64,000 nt of DNA from Balanoglossus misakiensis (taxonomy: Eukaryota; Animalia; Hemichordata). Below are positions 25,701 to 36,570 of this stretch, in pieces. Where the stretch lies: positions 848,731 to 912,730 of the forward strand of contig CM082578.2 of the NCBI GenBank assembly GCA_040954595.2. Direction: 5' to 3'. A model generated the notes under the pieces. That model was not told the origin of the DNA and searched no databases. It worked only from the letters and a program-made list of their open reading frames with translations. Every line of letters begins with the position of its first letter. The first letter of the stretch is position 1. Made by a program: the position numbers and the translations under genes.

Positions 25701-28700
25701 CAATAACTAAATAAATTTTCATTGTACTCAACACATATGATACTAATTAAAAAAGCAGATCTGACCTAACCATATTTAAACACAGAAATGTAAAAAGAAA
25801 TTAACAATAGGCCAATAAAGTGTCATGTGTGATGGCAATTTTAGAGAGGCAGTGCTAGAGAAATTGATATTTGACTAAAATGATATACAAACCATTACAT
25901 TACCAGCAGCTAACCTCCCCCCCCCCCCCATTTTTATCTCAAGTAATGTACACACAAGGCAGATAAGTCCCCCATAAACCTGGCTTCCTATCAGGTGTTT
26001 GCTGATAACATGCCAAATTTAAAGTAGGGATACATAACCAAAGTAAGCTGTTGTAAAAATCAGTGAAATTTCCATATTTGTGTTCTTGGGGCAATTTTGG
26101 CCGTTTTTGGTCTTAAATCATTTTTTTCTCTGATTGATTTGAAATTTGGGACTCAATTTTTATAACACATAAATGTTTGTGTACAACTTCTATTAAATCC
26201 TGATATCACATTTTTTTGTGCTTTTCTTTGTTAAAAATAAAACTAAAACCCTAGTTAGAAGGCCTAACTCCAGTCTATGGTCTCCAGTCTTGGTGATCGA
26301 GTGCCAGAGATCAATTCCCCTGCTATGACTGATTACCCTTACAGAGTATTCATTGGCAGGATTTTTTTGGTTTGAAATAAAATAGTAGTTGCTGAAAACA
26401 CAGGTCTTCAGGTACTTCCCCCCAGTCGTCCCACAATGCAATGCGGTTTTCAAGATGGCGGTTAATACAGTTTTGCCCTGAGAGAGAAGGGAGGACACGA
26501 TCACCCCGCCGGGATAAATCAATCAAACTATTAAAAGAATTAAATTAATGACACCTATCAACGCCTGTTGTCAGACATTTAATGAGCGACTTTCGTACCT
26601 GAAAAGGGCAAATTAATACCGGCCTTTGTCTCCTTCACGATCACATGATACTGCACGCTATGTGTTACAAACAGTGCAACTCTAATATATACTTACTCAA
26701 AACGTTGGCGCTTTACGCTTTTAGCGATCTCCTGGTGTGGCCGCTTCTTTCTTCGCACATTCGATGGATGGGATTCAAAAAATCGACGACGTTGTTTGCG
26801 ATCCATTCTCTATTGAAATGTAATCTATAATAACGAAGTACTGCCAAACTATATGCATGACGTAACGCTATTTAAACGTTTCATTTCATATCGTTGAGGG
26901 CGCCAAGAGTCCCGCAGAGTCGAATATATTGCATTGTGCGTGAATTCCCGCAGAGTGCCATTTATTGCACTGTGCGTGTCCCGCACTTTGGCCCCTCACT
27001 CTTGTCTTTTCGACACCCTTAAATACCTCACCAGTGTAGCCAGGTCTAGATAGAAACATTTGAACGGCAACAGCTAACAAACTCAGCGTAATTCAATAAA
27101 ACGCCCTAACACAGCCTGAACTCGGATAATGTGTTATCCCAAAATTCATTCCGTGGAAAATAATCACTGGTCTGTTTACGTATTTCACCCGATTTTCCAA
27201 GGACTACGGCAACCCGCCAGAAGTGAGTAGCCTGCTAATGAGATCTCCACAACATTACGTAATGACGGTCAAAGTCCGATGCCCCAGTGTCCGTCCTCAG
27301 CCCACCAAAAATGCGAAAAATATTACAAAAATCTTCTTCTCAAAATCGACGTAGCCTAGGACCTTGAAATTTGGCACAAAGGATTTTGGCCACATGGTCT
27401 ACAAAAATCGCGAAAAGAATGTACATTCCCCCATTAACGTGCAAATTAGGTCAATTTGAAAATTTCGCTCGATTATAGCCACCAAGTCACGTGACTAATT
27501 ACAAATTCAAAGGGCAGGTGCACTAGTACTCATGGGCCCCAATCATCGTGCCAAACTTCATAGGCGCAGGTGCCGGAATTTCAGAGAAAAACGGGAGCAA
27601 AAAAACGACTCAAGAAGAAAGAAGAAAAACTCCAGCAATAACAGAAGGGGACCAAGCGCCTGAGGGCGCTTGGTCCCCTAATAATGGAGTCACCAGGGGA
27701 AAGAGATCATTATCCATCTTGCAGTGTTTTGGTATGTATAACAGAAGGCAATATCTCCTCCTCGTCCACAGCCATAGCCTAGTATCTAGCCGTATTTTGT
27801 CCGCTTTGCTTCCAAAACTAGCATCTAGCCTCACTCATGCCACTGGCCCGATAAAACCCCATACCCCTTGCCGGGAATTGTGACGTATATATCAAATTAT
27901 TGTGGTGTGATCCAATATGGAAAGAATGACAATTGGAATGTTCATCTCTTTGGTTGAAAAAATAATTTTTCAACAATGATGTCTATTGCAGAGAGGTGCG
28001 ATGTTGGTCACTACTTTGACAACGGGACTTCTCAGTGCCAAAGCTGCCCCATTGGATTCTGGCAATCAGAAGAAGGAAAGTTTGTGTGTAATACTTGCCC
28101 AAAGGGAATGCTTACATTAGTTGAAGGAGCTACTGATGAGTCACAATGTCAGGGTAGGTACTTGTGTTATTTGCTATTCTTGACTATCAATCACATGATC
28201 TGGCCATGTGACGTACCCATGGCGTTATCATTTGTTAGTGACAGGCAAGCAATATTTCGGCATCCAGTAAACTTTTTTCCGAGTAGGTTTTTACTTTAGA
28301 ACCGCCAGATATGTAACATATTCAACAGTTTAACAAACTCACGTGAGTGAAAAGCAGATAATCGTGAATATCAAAAAATTAATCTTCTCAATTCCAGAGG
28401 TATGTAAATCAGTGGGAGTCCAACTTAGTGTCAATGGGTCTTGTGAGTCGTGTCCCATGGGAACCTATCGATCAAATGCTGAACTTCAGCCATCTTGTAT
28501 GCCGTGCCCATTTGGCTTCACCACAAGAACAGTCGGTTCAACCTTAAGTGAAGATTGTAATGTTCGTAAGTATTATGTATACAACTTTTCATGTTGTATC
28601 TCAACTGTACTGAACTGAAGGTTGTATTATTGTGCCTCAGTTGTTCAGAATAATGATAGTCCTCCAATTTTATTCTATGCTCTTTTTCCATTCCATCAAC

Positions 28701-30976
28701 AGCTTACTGCAATGTTGGTTGGTACTTGAATCAGGAGTCCTATAGATGTGAGAAATGCCCTGATGGAACATATAACTTTGAATTCAACCAGGATGCTTGT
28801 CAACCATGCCCAACTGGCTACACTACAGGCAGAGAGGGTGCCCTATATGAAACAGAATGTGATGGTAGGAATAATTTTTCATAATCATAGAACTGATAAC
28901 ATGCATTAAGTGCTTGTGGAGATCAACCTTAACTGTTCAATCTGACACAAACACTTCATTATAAGAACTTTTCTTCTTTATTTAGAGTATCATTTGATAT
29001 GTTGTGTGATCCAATATTTTTATATAATTTAATAATGCTCCTCTTTTAACACCTTTTCTGAAAATTTCACGGAAATAACAATATTGTAATACTGTTTTCT
29101 CAGAATTCTACATGTTAGGCTATGGAATGTGATAACCATGCACTGCATCTGGGTAGTCATCTAACTTAAAGGTATACAGTCACCTCCAATTTACAAATGC
29201 CCATATATGGCTGAAATGGAGTATATGAGAGTTCTAAAGAACATATGGTGGCGCTCCTTTTTGCATGTGCCACCCACTGAAAATCTGTGATTGGCTAGAT
29301 CTCCTTTTGCCATGGTAACTATAGCTAATTTTCCATAGGTGACCGTATACCTTTAACTGGTGATATGTATGAAGATCCCATAGTTTTATTTGGTGGTCAG
29401 TTAAAGACATTGCAAGAATTTTTGTTTTCTAGATGCACATGAATGTCGTCTTGGTCTGGATGACTGTCACCCAAATGCCACTTGCAGGAATCTTGTACCA
29501 GGATATGAATGCACTTGCAAAACTGGTTTCACTGGTGATGGAATAACTTGTACAGGTATGTAACTATCTACAACTGAAATGTCAACAGAAATATGCACAG
29601 CTAAAACGTAGACACTACTGTTGATTTTATGCTATTAAAGGGACAAAGTATCTCTCTTGCTGCCCTTTTTCCATTAATTATGTTTGATACAAGACACTGT
29701 TTTGTTATTCACCCGGTACATGTGGATATATAGTGAATCAACGTTCGACAGCACACAACTTCCATTCCGTTTGTAAGAAATCAATCTACAAGTGGGTTTA
29801 GTTCTTGTCTAATACAAATGGTTCGTCAGGTAGAATAATGTGATGTGATTTTATTCTTGTGTCTAGACAAATGTGAAGGGTTCTGCTCAAACAATGCTGT
29901 TTGCATCAAGGACAGTGATGGCAATCCTGTTTGTAAATGTACTGATGAATATCAAGGTGAAACTTGCCGCCAGAGAATACCAATGCAAGTTAAAGGTGTG
30001 TATACATTTCTTTGTCTTTAAATAACTCAAGAATAAAATACAATATTCACTAAAGTTTACACATTTGTTTGATCTACATGATTACAGTTTACGTTGTCTT
30101 GAAAATATTTGTGAAAATGGTGAAACTGCAACATCTGCAGTATAACTAGATTTTTGGTCTACTAACCATTTTACAATAGTTAAGCATCATAATGAATGGT
30201 TTTCTTGCTTTTATCATAGCATATCGCCCCCGTGACAAATAGAAATATTTAAACTCTTACAGATTCCTCCGTTGACACAGCTGTCATCATTGGTGGTGTT
30301 GCGGGAGGTTTAGCGGCTGTGTTAGTGCTTGGTGTAATAATGTTACTCATGTACCAACGGTAAGTTATTTAGTACTACCAGAGTAGAATATAGACAGCTG
30401 TAGAAATGTTGCCCATCAGAAAACTGGGAATTTACCTGTATCTTTCCATACATGCATGAGGCAACGTGAAAAATAATCACATCTGTATCGTGGAAGCAAA
30501 TTTATTCAAAGAGTTCATGCATAGACCTATTCGCGTATAGGGTAACTGCAGTGCATCATGGTATAATTTGCGTTCAACATGCATGGCGGCTAACAAGGCA
30601 AAGTCACGCGACCAGACCGCAAAGTGTCCAACAACCACCTGCGTTATTCTACAGTAGTAACCACATCACAACAAATCCCACATTGATGATGTTCAACTAT
30701 TTGACATTCAGGTGTGCTCTTGGAGGAAAGAAACATCCAGGCTGGGAAGAACAAGAGGCAACTATGGATATCCATTGGTTTGATGATACAGATGATGTTG
30801 ATAGCAAGGCAGGGGAAAGTGTGGAAGATGAGGAAGCCTTCAGAGAAATCTATCACTACAATCCCATGTATAGTGGCGACAGTGGTAGTGCCAGTGGAAG
30901 TGAGGAATGGAGACCAAGGCCTCTTAAGAGTAGAAATGAACTATTTCATGAGAGTCACGGAGACAGATACTTCTAA
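1954..30976 (+). CDS. 3' part of a multi-exon SVEP1/uninflatable-like single-pass membrane protein gene (5' end lies outside the window); one exon is disrupted
   Basis: Phase-consistent GT-AG exons: 1954-2154, 2558-2841, 3577-3717, 4422-4517, 5512-5712, 6116-6368, 6937-7085, [7680-7792 + 27683-27731], 27992-28153, 28398-28565, 28703-28864, 29433-29555, 29867-29995, 30263-30359, 30712-30976 (TAA). Confidence 0.85.
3187..3280. repeat. (CAT/CAC)n microsatellite in an intron
   Basis: Directly visible; accounts for the poly-His ORF 2967-3314. Confidence 0.95.
3577..4517 (+). CDS. Host exons 3577-3717 and 4422-4517: HYR domain
   Basis: DKHAPEVIYCP...WQEPIFTDD...GDTFSWGTYQISYVASDTAGNNAQCNF, the classic HYR signature. 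Confidence 0.88.
5512..7085 (+). CDS. Host exons 5512-5712 (sushi/CCP), 6116-6368 (contains RRKR furin site) and 6937-7085
   Basis: CEKPAPPVKG...CQVDCLPGYKF...FPGC; NRRKRQ; splice phases are continuous (1,1,2,1). Confidence 0.85.
7680..7792 (+). CDS. 5' half of an interrupted ephrin-receptor-like (GCC2/GCC3) exon
   Basis: Acceptor ttccacag, then LCPEGSYHDTELSQCHPCAIGYYQPLEGQTACNACPN, then an abrupt switch to the element terminus TAAAGCTGCAAGCAGC. Confidence 0.88.
8583..9389. mobile_element. PIF/Harbinger-type MITE
   Basis: TIRs GGCTGCATTCACAAACACCTCTGGAGGGGGG...; TTA TSD at 8580-8582 and 9390-9392. Confidence 0.88.
9573..10079. mobile_element. Second PIF/Harbinger MITE of the same family, opposite orientation, internally deleted
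   Basis: Same TIRs; TAA TSD at 9570-9572 and 10080-10082; its interior is the reverse complement of parts of 8583-9389. Confidence 0.88.
10456..10574 (+). repeat. Left TIR of the KDZ element
   Basis: Exact reverse complement of 26910-27028. Confidence 0.95.
10627..10850 (+). repeat. CpG-rich subterminal direct repeat (two copies of ~105-120 bp)
   Basis: TTTCGAGGAG.TCGATCGTGTTTTTGAC...ATGATCGGGCGATCAACCACCCAC.ATCGACATTTTCTACT occurs twice. Confidence 0.85.
12941..12964 (+). repeat. Short interstitial (TTAGGG)4
   Basis: Directly visible, within a patch of decayed nested element fragments. Confidence 0.85.
15489..19495 (+). CDS. Transposon-borne NRF1/P3A2/Erect-wing-like DNA-binding-domain protein (4 exons; probable 1-nt frameshift near the 3' end)
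   Basis: Exons 15489-16020, 16325-16525, 17798-17899, 18856-19313/19495, all phase 1. VRELLPALVKCTTNRAQPLWDRPDMKPVWWPAETPYCN...SWVTRMKDVAKSCYQYYG aligns by eye with the NRF1 DBD as recalled (LRAFIPEMLKYSTGRGKPGWGKESCKPIWWPEDIPWAN...SWTQALRTIVKNCYKQHG). Confidence 0.8.
17246..17655. repeat. 115-bp tandem repeat (~3.5 copies), rich in palindromes
   Basis: GTCTAGTATCGTCT recurs at 17246, 17361, 17476 and 17591; contains GATAGTATCGATACTATC. Confidence 0.92.
18235..18549 (-). mobile_element. Non-autonomous Crypton-like mini element with terminal hairpin
   Basis: ~143-nt hairpin at 18239-18381 with a CTCGCT..CGCTCG loop motif like the Crypton at 42708-45119; CCAAT box near the other end; AATTA direct repeats at 18230-18234 and 18550-18554. 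Confidence 0.6.
18962..19125 (+). repeat. 33-bp coding tandem repeat (QQPESPPAAQI), about 5 copies
   Basis: CAACAGCCAGAATCACCACCAGCAGCACAAATC repeated within exon 4 of the NRF1-like gene. Confidence 0.9.
20537..20582 (-). terminator. Replication-dependent-histone-type 3' stem-loop plus HDE-like purine tract
   Basis: Minus strand reads ACCAAAC-GGCCCT-TCTC-AGGGCC-ACCACA-TCCTT-AAAAAAGAGAAC; stem-loop at 20560-20575. Confidence 0.7.
21455..26806 (-). CDS. KDZ/Zisupton-family (HMGXB3-related) DDE transposase, 850 aa, apparently intact
   Basis: Exons 26806-26697, 25609-24708, 24485-24320, 23843-23004, 22774-22514, 22161-22096, 21662-21455 (2553 nt, no internal stops). Motifs: SWIM-like CSC...CLH and CETC...CDH, CxC...YDG...FN, CPIC...LICDGTSVG, GIFTVFCQHGFCYGF...ESP, IYDNAC, VDRLHWKNH.GC, INTQICEQ.N. 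Confidence 0.9.
26910..27028 (-). repeat. Right TIR of the KDZ element
   Basis: Exact reverse complement of 10456-10574; lies ~100 bp upstream of the transposase ATG. Confidence 0.95.
27683..28864 (+). CDS. Host exons: 3' half of the split exon (27683-27731) and ephrin-receptor-like exons 27992-28153, 28398-28565, 28703-28864
   Basis: NGVTRGKRSLSILQCF|gt; CQSCPIGFWQSEEG..C..CP.G..T..EGAT...QC repeats. Confidence 0.88.
29170..29352. mobile_element. Kolobok-type MITE
   Basis: TTAA TSD on both sides; TIRs AGGTATAC.GTCACCT / AGGTGAC.GTATACCT. Confidence 0.8.
29433..30976 (+). CDS. Host terminal exons: Ca-binding EGF, EGF, TM helix and acidic tail with NPMY
   Basis: DAHECRLGLDDCHPNATC...CKTGFTGDG; CSNNAVC...CKCTDEYQGETC; AVIIGGVAGGLAAVLVLGVIMLLM; HYNPMY; stop at 30974-30976. 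Confidence 0.88.
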
Positions 30977-32236
30977 TGTGCCATCTCTGTGTGTACATGT
31001 ATGGTATAATTCAAATGATAACTAGAATGGTTTTCATTTTGTGAGTTGACACAGTACTGTGATAAGCTTGGTATAATCCCATAAATGATAACAATAATAG
31101 TTATGCTTTGTCAGACGACAGTACTGTGATAAGCGCACATTAAATTGGTTGGAGTGAAACAGATCTTTATTATTACACTCTTAGCAACATCTGAATGAAA
31201 TGATCATAAATAATCATCTTTAAAGTATGTTGGTTATAAGGCTATATATTTTACATATTTTAAAGAATTTTCCTTAAAAATTTGTTATGACTTATTATAA
31301 GGTATTGTGTAATGAGAAAGATATGATAATACGTGAATTCCTAAACAACAACATATTTGTGTTGAATTTGGAGGACAAATTTAACAGTGTACCAATTCAG
31401 CTCTCCCTTTGCATGCTGACTTGCTTCTGTATTCATACAAGGCAGCATTTATCCTTAACTTGATCAGATAGAAGGTCTTTTCATCCAAATGCATAGATTA
31501 TGAATTATTTCTCTCAATATATTCAGTGACTACCTCCCGATGATATATATCCTCCTGAATTAGTGCTTCAAATTTTGATATTTTTCTTGATATTTTTCTT
31601 TAATTTGACTTCAACTGTCACCATTCTCCAAGACTGTAAAAGAAGGGAGATGATGATTAACTATTATCAATTTTTTTGCCCCTTGTACTGTCTTTACAAC
31701 TGGCCGTATAAATCTGATATTTGTTTGGCATGCGAATTTTGGAATATGGATGTGTATGATCACAATTATAAGATCCTCAAAATAAAAGATCCTATCATTT
31801 CATTTGGTTAATAACCAGTTCATAGGTGAATGAAAATATAGTTACTCACTTTGAGACCTGACATGTATATATAATAATTCAAAGTATTTATTCGCATATT
31901 TTTATATTATTCATGGTGTTATAGATCAATGGAAATTTTTCAAATTAAATTCATGTATATAAAATGTAGCAATGTAATGTCATATGTGAAACCCTTAATC
32001 TTGATATTGTAATTCATTGTAGAATATGATTATATTGTGTTATTCACTCAACTTGTGCATGTATGTTTAAGATTCAAGCAAAATTACTTTTTTATACAAA
32101 CTGTTCCTTTTTGTATTGTTCGGTGACAACTCATCAACAATGAAATAAGTTTGGGAAATTTTTGAACAAAGTCATGAAGTATAAGTACTATAAATAAGTT
32201 TAATATCTGTTTGAGTTGTCCTGCCAGAAGTCAACA

Positions 32237-33178
32237 TTTTTAGCTTATACAAATACTGGTGCAACTACAGAACAGTTGAAGAATTTCATCATTATATTTA
32301 TGTTTTAATTACAAGTATATCAATTGTACCTTTTCCTTATATTAAAAGCATATTTTTATTATAATATTTAACTGAGTTCTTTGTCTACTTTTTTAAACTG
32401 ACAATTTGTCAGTCATTACCATAACCCTGGTGTGTATTTCACTGTGTCCAGAGATTCTTCTGTAGTTGTTATAATAAGACATCAAACCAGGTCCAATAAT
32501 CAATATTACTCAAGCTAAGCTAATTACCAGGTCCAGGTTCAAAAAAGAAATTTTTAGCTTATACAAATACTGGTGCAACTACAGAACAGTTGAAGAATTT
32601 CATCATTATATTTATGTTTTAATTACAAGTATATCAATTGTACCTTTTCCTTATATTAAAAGCATATTTTTATTATAATATTTAACTGAGTTCTTTGTCT
32701 ACTTTTTTAAACTGACAATTTGTCAGTCATTACCATAACCCTGGTGTGTATTTCACTGTGTCCAGAGATTCTTCTGTAGTTGTTATAATAAGACATCAAA
32801 CCAGGTCCAATAATCAATATTACTCAAGCTAAGCTAATTACCAGGTCCAGGTTCAAAAAAGAAATTTTTAGCTTATACAAATACTGGTGCAACTACAGAA
32901 CAGTTGAAGAATTTCATCATTATATTTATGTTTTAATTACAAGTATATCAATTGTACCTTTTCCTTATATTAAAAGCATATTTTTATTATAATATTTAAC
33001 TGAGTTCTTTGTCTACTTTTTTAAACTGACAATTTGTCAGTCATTACCATAACCCTGGTGTGTATTTCACTGTGTCCAGAGATTCTTCTGTAGTTGTTAT
33101 AATAAGACATCAAACCAGGTCCAATAATCAATATTACTCAAGCTAAGCTAATTACCAGGTCCAGGTTCAAAAAAGAAA
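32237..33178 (+). repeat. 314-bp triplication (copy A only)
   Basis: Units start at 32237, 32551 and 32865; a single unit at ~42262-42575 in copy B. Confidence 0.92.
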
Positions 33179-33240
33179 TAAGAGAAAAACTTACAATTTC
33201 AACAGGATCATCTTGAACCACTGCTAAGTGGTAGTACTCG

Positions 33241-33689
33241 CACAGGGGGCTGCAAACATGAAAGTTATAAATGGCGGAGTTCCTGCATTTTCCCCCAATA
33301 AACATTAATTGATGAACAGTCTTTGTGCTTGTTTATTTTTCTGTGTTACCTCCACCTGTCTTAGCAGTTGCTAATCCAGAATACAAGCTATTGCATTTCC
33401 CATTAAGCACCTGCTAACGACTTAATCTGTGTGCCCCATCCACGGATTTAGTGGATTAAGTAAACATCGGTCAGTTCTCACTTGGTAAGAGAATACCCAG
33501 TACTCGCTGACCGATGTTTACTTTATTAACTTAATCCGTGGATGGGGCACACAGATTAAGTCGTTAGCAGGTGATTAATGGGAAATGGATAGCTTTTATT
33601 CTGGATTAGCAAATGATAAGACAGGTTGGGAAAACGCAGAATGGAACGTACTTCGCCATTTATAACTTTCATGTTTGCAGCCCCCTGTG
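33241..33689. mobile_element. Foldback MITE with CACAG termini (EnSpm/CACTA-like ends)
   Basis: CACAGGGGGCTGCAAACATGAAAGTTATAAATGGCG...CGCCATTTATAACTTTCATGTTTGCAGCCCCCTGTG; nearly the whole element is an inverted repeat; no clear TSD. Confidence 0.75.
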
Positions 33690-36294
33690 GTACTAGGTGT
33701 CGGAAATGGGTAAGCACACCCTTCCAGCATGCTACACCCGTTAAGACTGACCCAAAGAGACAGATTTAAGTTGAATTTGACTTAACTAACAAATTACTGT
33801 TGCAAGTCAAATCCATATTTTGACTTTATCTCTGACTGAGCGCAGCGAGTCTGGGGACACTCCACGTCTTCCTCTTCACAAGCAGCCCACTTCAAGTTTC
33901 AGCAACATCCATAATAGTCCTAAAGTTGAGGTGCCAGTTAAAATTAGGTTTTTGGACCAAACTGGAATAGCTGCCGAAGTTTGGTATTTCAAATGATTGT
34001 CAGGTCACCTGTTTATTATATGACTGTCAGGTTTCTAACAAAAGGGAGATGACATACAATCACAAGTGTAAATCCAATGTTGAACATTACTTAAAGGGAC
34101 AAATTGTTCAAATCCTCTTTTGAGCTTATTTGGTCAATTTTGTTTGATATGAAATGTGCCTATTATGCTGTTTGACTTCTTTAAACATGCTTAAATACTG
34201 GCCAATAAATAACTCCACTATGTTTGAAATTAAACCAGATAGTACAATAATACATTCCAAATGTCATCTGTGATAACATCATGCTTTGGACGTTTTTACT
34301 TTATATATTACATAACATGTTACGAAGGGGGGAGATAGGTGAGAAAAGGAATGTGAGAAAGGAGAAGAAAAGCAAGAGGGCGGAAATGAGAATGTCAGGA
34401 TGGAAAGGGAATGAGGGGAGGACTTTGACAGAAGGGGAGGGAAGAGACCGAATAAGTGAAGGTGAGAGAGGAAGTGGTTAGACAGGAAGAAAGGAAAATT
34501 AAAGCTCAATCACCACCACCACTACCACCACAATCATCATCATCACCATCATTGCCATCATCATTCTGGAGGCATCGTGGCCTGTATTGGCCCATGGGCA
34601 TCATGGGCCAAAAAATGTGCATAAACCACACTTTTGTACGAACTCCTGTAACCGGTGACGCAAGTCGTGAGTGAATTTGTGGGCGTGTCGCGACCTTTTC
34701 TGTGAACGTGATGCAGAGTGATATATTGATGACCCCCAGCCACCCCACACCCTTTGGTAACACACTTCTTAAACTTTCTTTACATAGAATGGACTTCTCA
34801 AACCTTCCTTACCAAAGTTCTGATTAAAGACATCTATCTTCTAGGGTACTACCAACAGCGTTTCACGTGACTGTAGACAAGCATCAAGTACCTGTACACA
34901 GACAAGGGCGTGCGCGCGTCCACAATAATTTAAAACGAATGTTTCCACCGCCGTGTGTTTTATGCACATAAACACTGAATCAGCTTTAATATTGTCCCAT
35001 GATGCCCCGTGAGTTGTCAGGGTACCAAACTGACAATGCTGGAGAAAAAATGAAGTGTTGACATGCATGTTGTTGAGGGGTTTCACAATGCATGTTACGG
35101 ACGCTGGTTTCTCTTAGGAATAGAGTAGAGGCGTAAGGATGGGTTGATCTTGTGATTAAGAATTTTGGCAAAGAAACAGAAATTGTGTCATTTAGTTTTG
35201 TATTAAACCCTATTCGCGTATTTTGTGTTAAAGCACTAAATACTGCAATAATGAGATACGGTAGTATTTAACACATATCATATATGATATAATATAGCTT
35301 TATCAATACCAGTGAATTTTGTGACGTCATTGCTGTACATTTTTTTATCTTTTATTTAAAACGCACAATGTTACATCAACAAATCAAAAGAAGAAACGAA
35401 CTGAAAACTCACATCATAGCTTCAAAATTTATTACACTTTCTGGATGGTTGCATGATTCCTAAGGCTTGTATACCTTCAACCTCAATGTCACGCGGGAGG
35501 ATTGGTGTTGGGAATGTAACGGGGAATTAAACTCTATCGATGGGGATAACTCGCTTGGCTAATACTGAGAGGTACCTATATGGAATCGTGCTGACGTCCA
35601 GATACATCGACACGAACACTGGGTATTTATGGTAGCAACTGAGGATATAAGAATTTAATGAAATAAACCTACTCGACCACTTGCGTTCTGAGGACAAGAA
35701 GGACACAAATAGTCCGCCATCCAAAAGACCGTTCCAGCATTTTATTTTTACCTGCCAAAAGACGCGGAGATATATTTTTAGATGAATGATCCATGCATAC
35801 TCTGATTGCATAGTACTTGTCTTCCTTGTGTTCCTTAAAACAATAAATGTATTGTATTTTCTTTTCTTTTCATCAGGAATGCGATAACTTTCTTAACACT
35901 TCAAAAGTTTCTTTACTCTTCAATCACTTCTGTCTCAACTTTTAAGTTTAACTTTTACTTCCAAATCTCAGGTCACAGACTCTATAGACTGCTAAACAAT
36001 TTTCTTCCTAGTGTTGTATGCGCCACTTGTGAATTTTTGCGAGTGAGATTCACGGGCGTTTGAGCACAATTTATACAAAAGATGTTTATCGCCATTAGAA
36101 AAACGTTCGCGTAGAATCAATGGCGTCATGGTAAATTTTAGCTGCATGCTCCAATAGGGATGATAGGGAGACTACTTGTTGTAGAGCACCTGAAAATGTA
36201 CGTATTTCGTCACTTCCTTTTCGCGAAATTTAATTCTTAACGGCATCTTAGTTTTAAGATTTGTGATTCCGTTTTTCTTCAGTTGTACATTTGC

Positions 36295-36570
36295 ATCACG
36301 GGATACTTCTTTGTAGACTATCGAACCTTGGCATCTCAGACACAGTACTAACATGGTTTACATCTTACCTTCAATATAGATATCAAACTGTAATCATCGA
36401 AAACACTGCAAGTTCACAGTCACCTCTCGTATACGGGGTGCCACTGCCCCTCTGTTGTTCACCATTTATATAGCCCCACTTTATAGTAAACTGATTCGTC
36501 CCCACATCCTACAATTTCATCAGTACGCCGATGATAACCAGCGATACCTCGCCTTTTCCCATCAAGATTC
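36295..36570 (+). pseudogene. Decayed LINE (L2/CR1-like) RT fragment; duplicate at ~48085-48360
   Basis: HGILLCRLSNLGISDTVLTWFTSYLQYRYQ...VYGVP and FHQYADD, with frameshifts. Confidence 0.75.

Larger units (their letters stand above)
10455..27029 (-). mobile_element. 16.6-kb KDZ (Kyakuja/Dileera/Zisupton-type) DNA transposon
   Basis: 119-bp perfect TIRs (10456-10574 and 26910-27028); flanking direct repeat ACCAGTG (10448-10454 and 27030-27036); encodes a KDZ transposase. Confidence 0.88.
7793..27682 (+). mobile_element. Outer non-autonomous element (unclassified; Helentron/Helitron2-like terminal hairpin) inflated to 19.9 kb by nested insertions
   Basis: Left end TAAAGCTGCAAGCAGCG. Right end hairpin GGGACCAAGCGCC-TGAG-GGCGCTTGGTCCC followed by CTAAT. 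Removing it restores a 162-nt exon. Homologous to 1-1716. Confidence 0.75.

Noticed and set aside
34841-35811. Possible decayed minus-strand exons (also at 46639-47516)
   Set aside because: Some splice-like signals, but multiple stops and no identifiable protein family.
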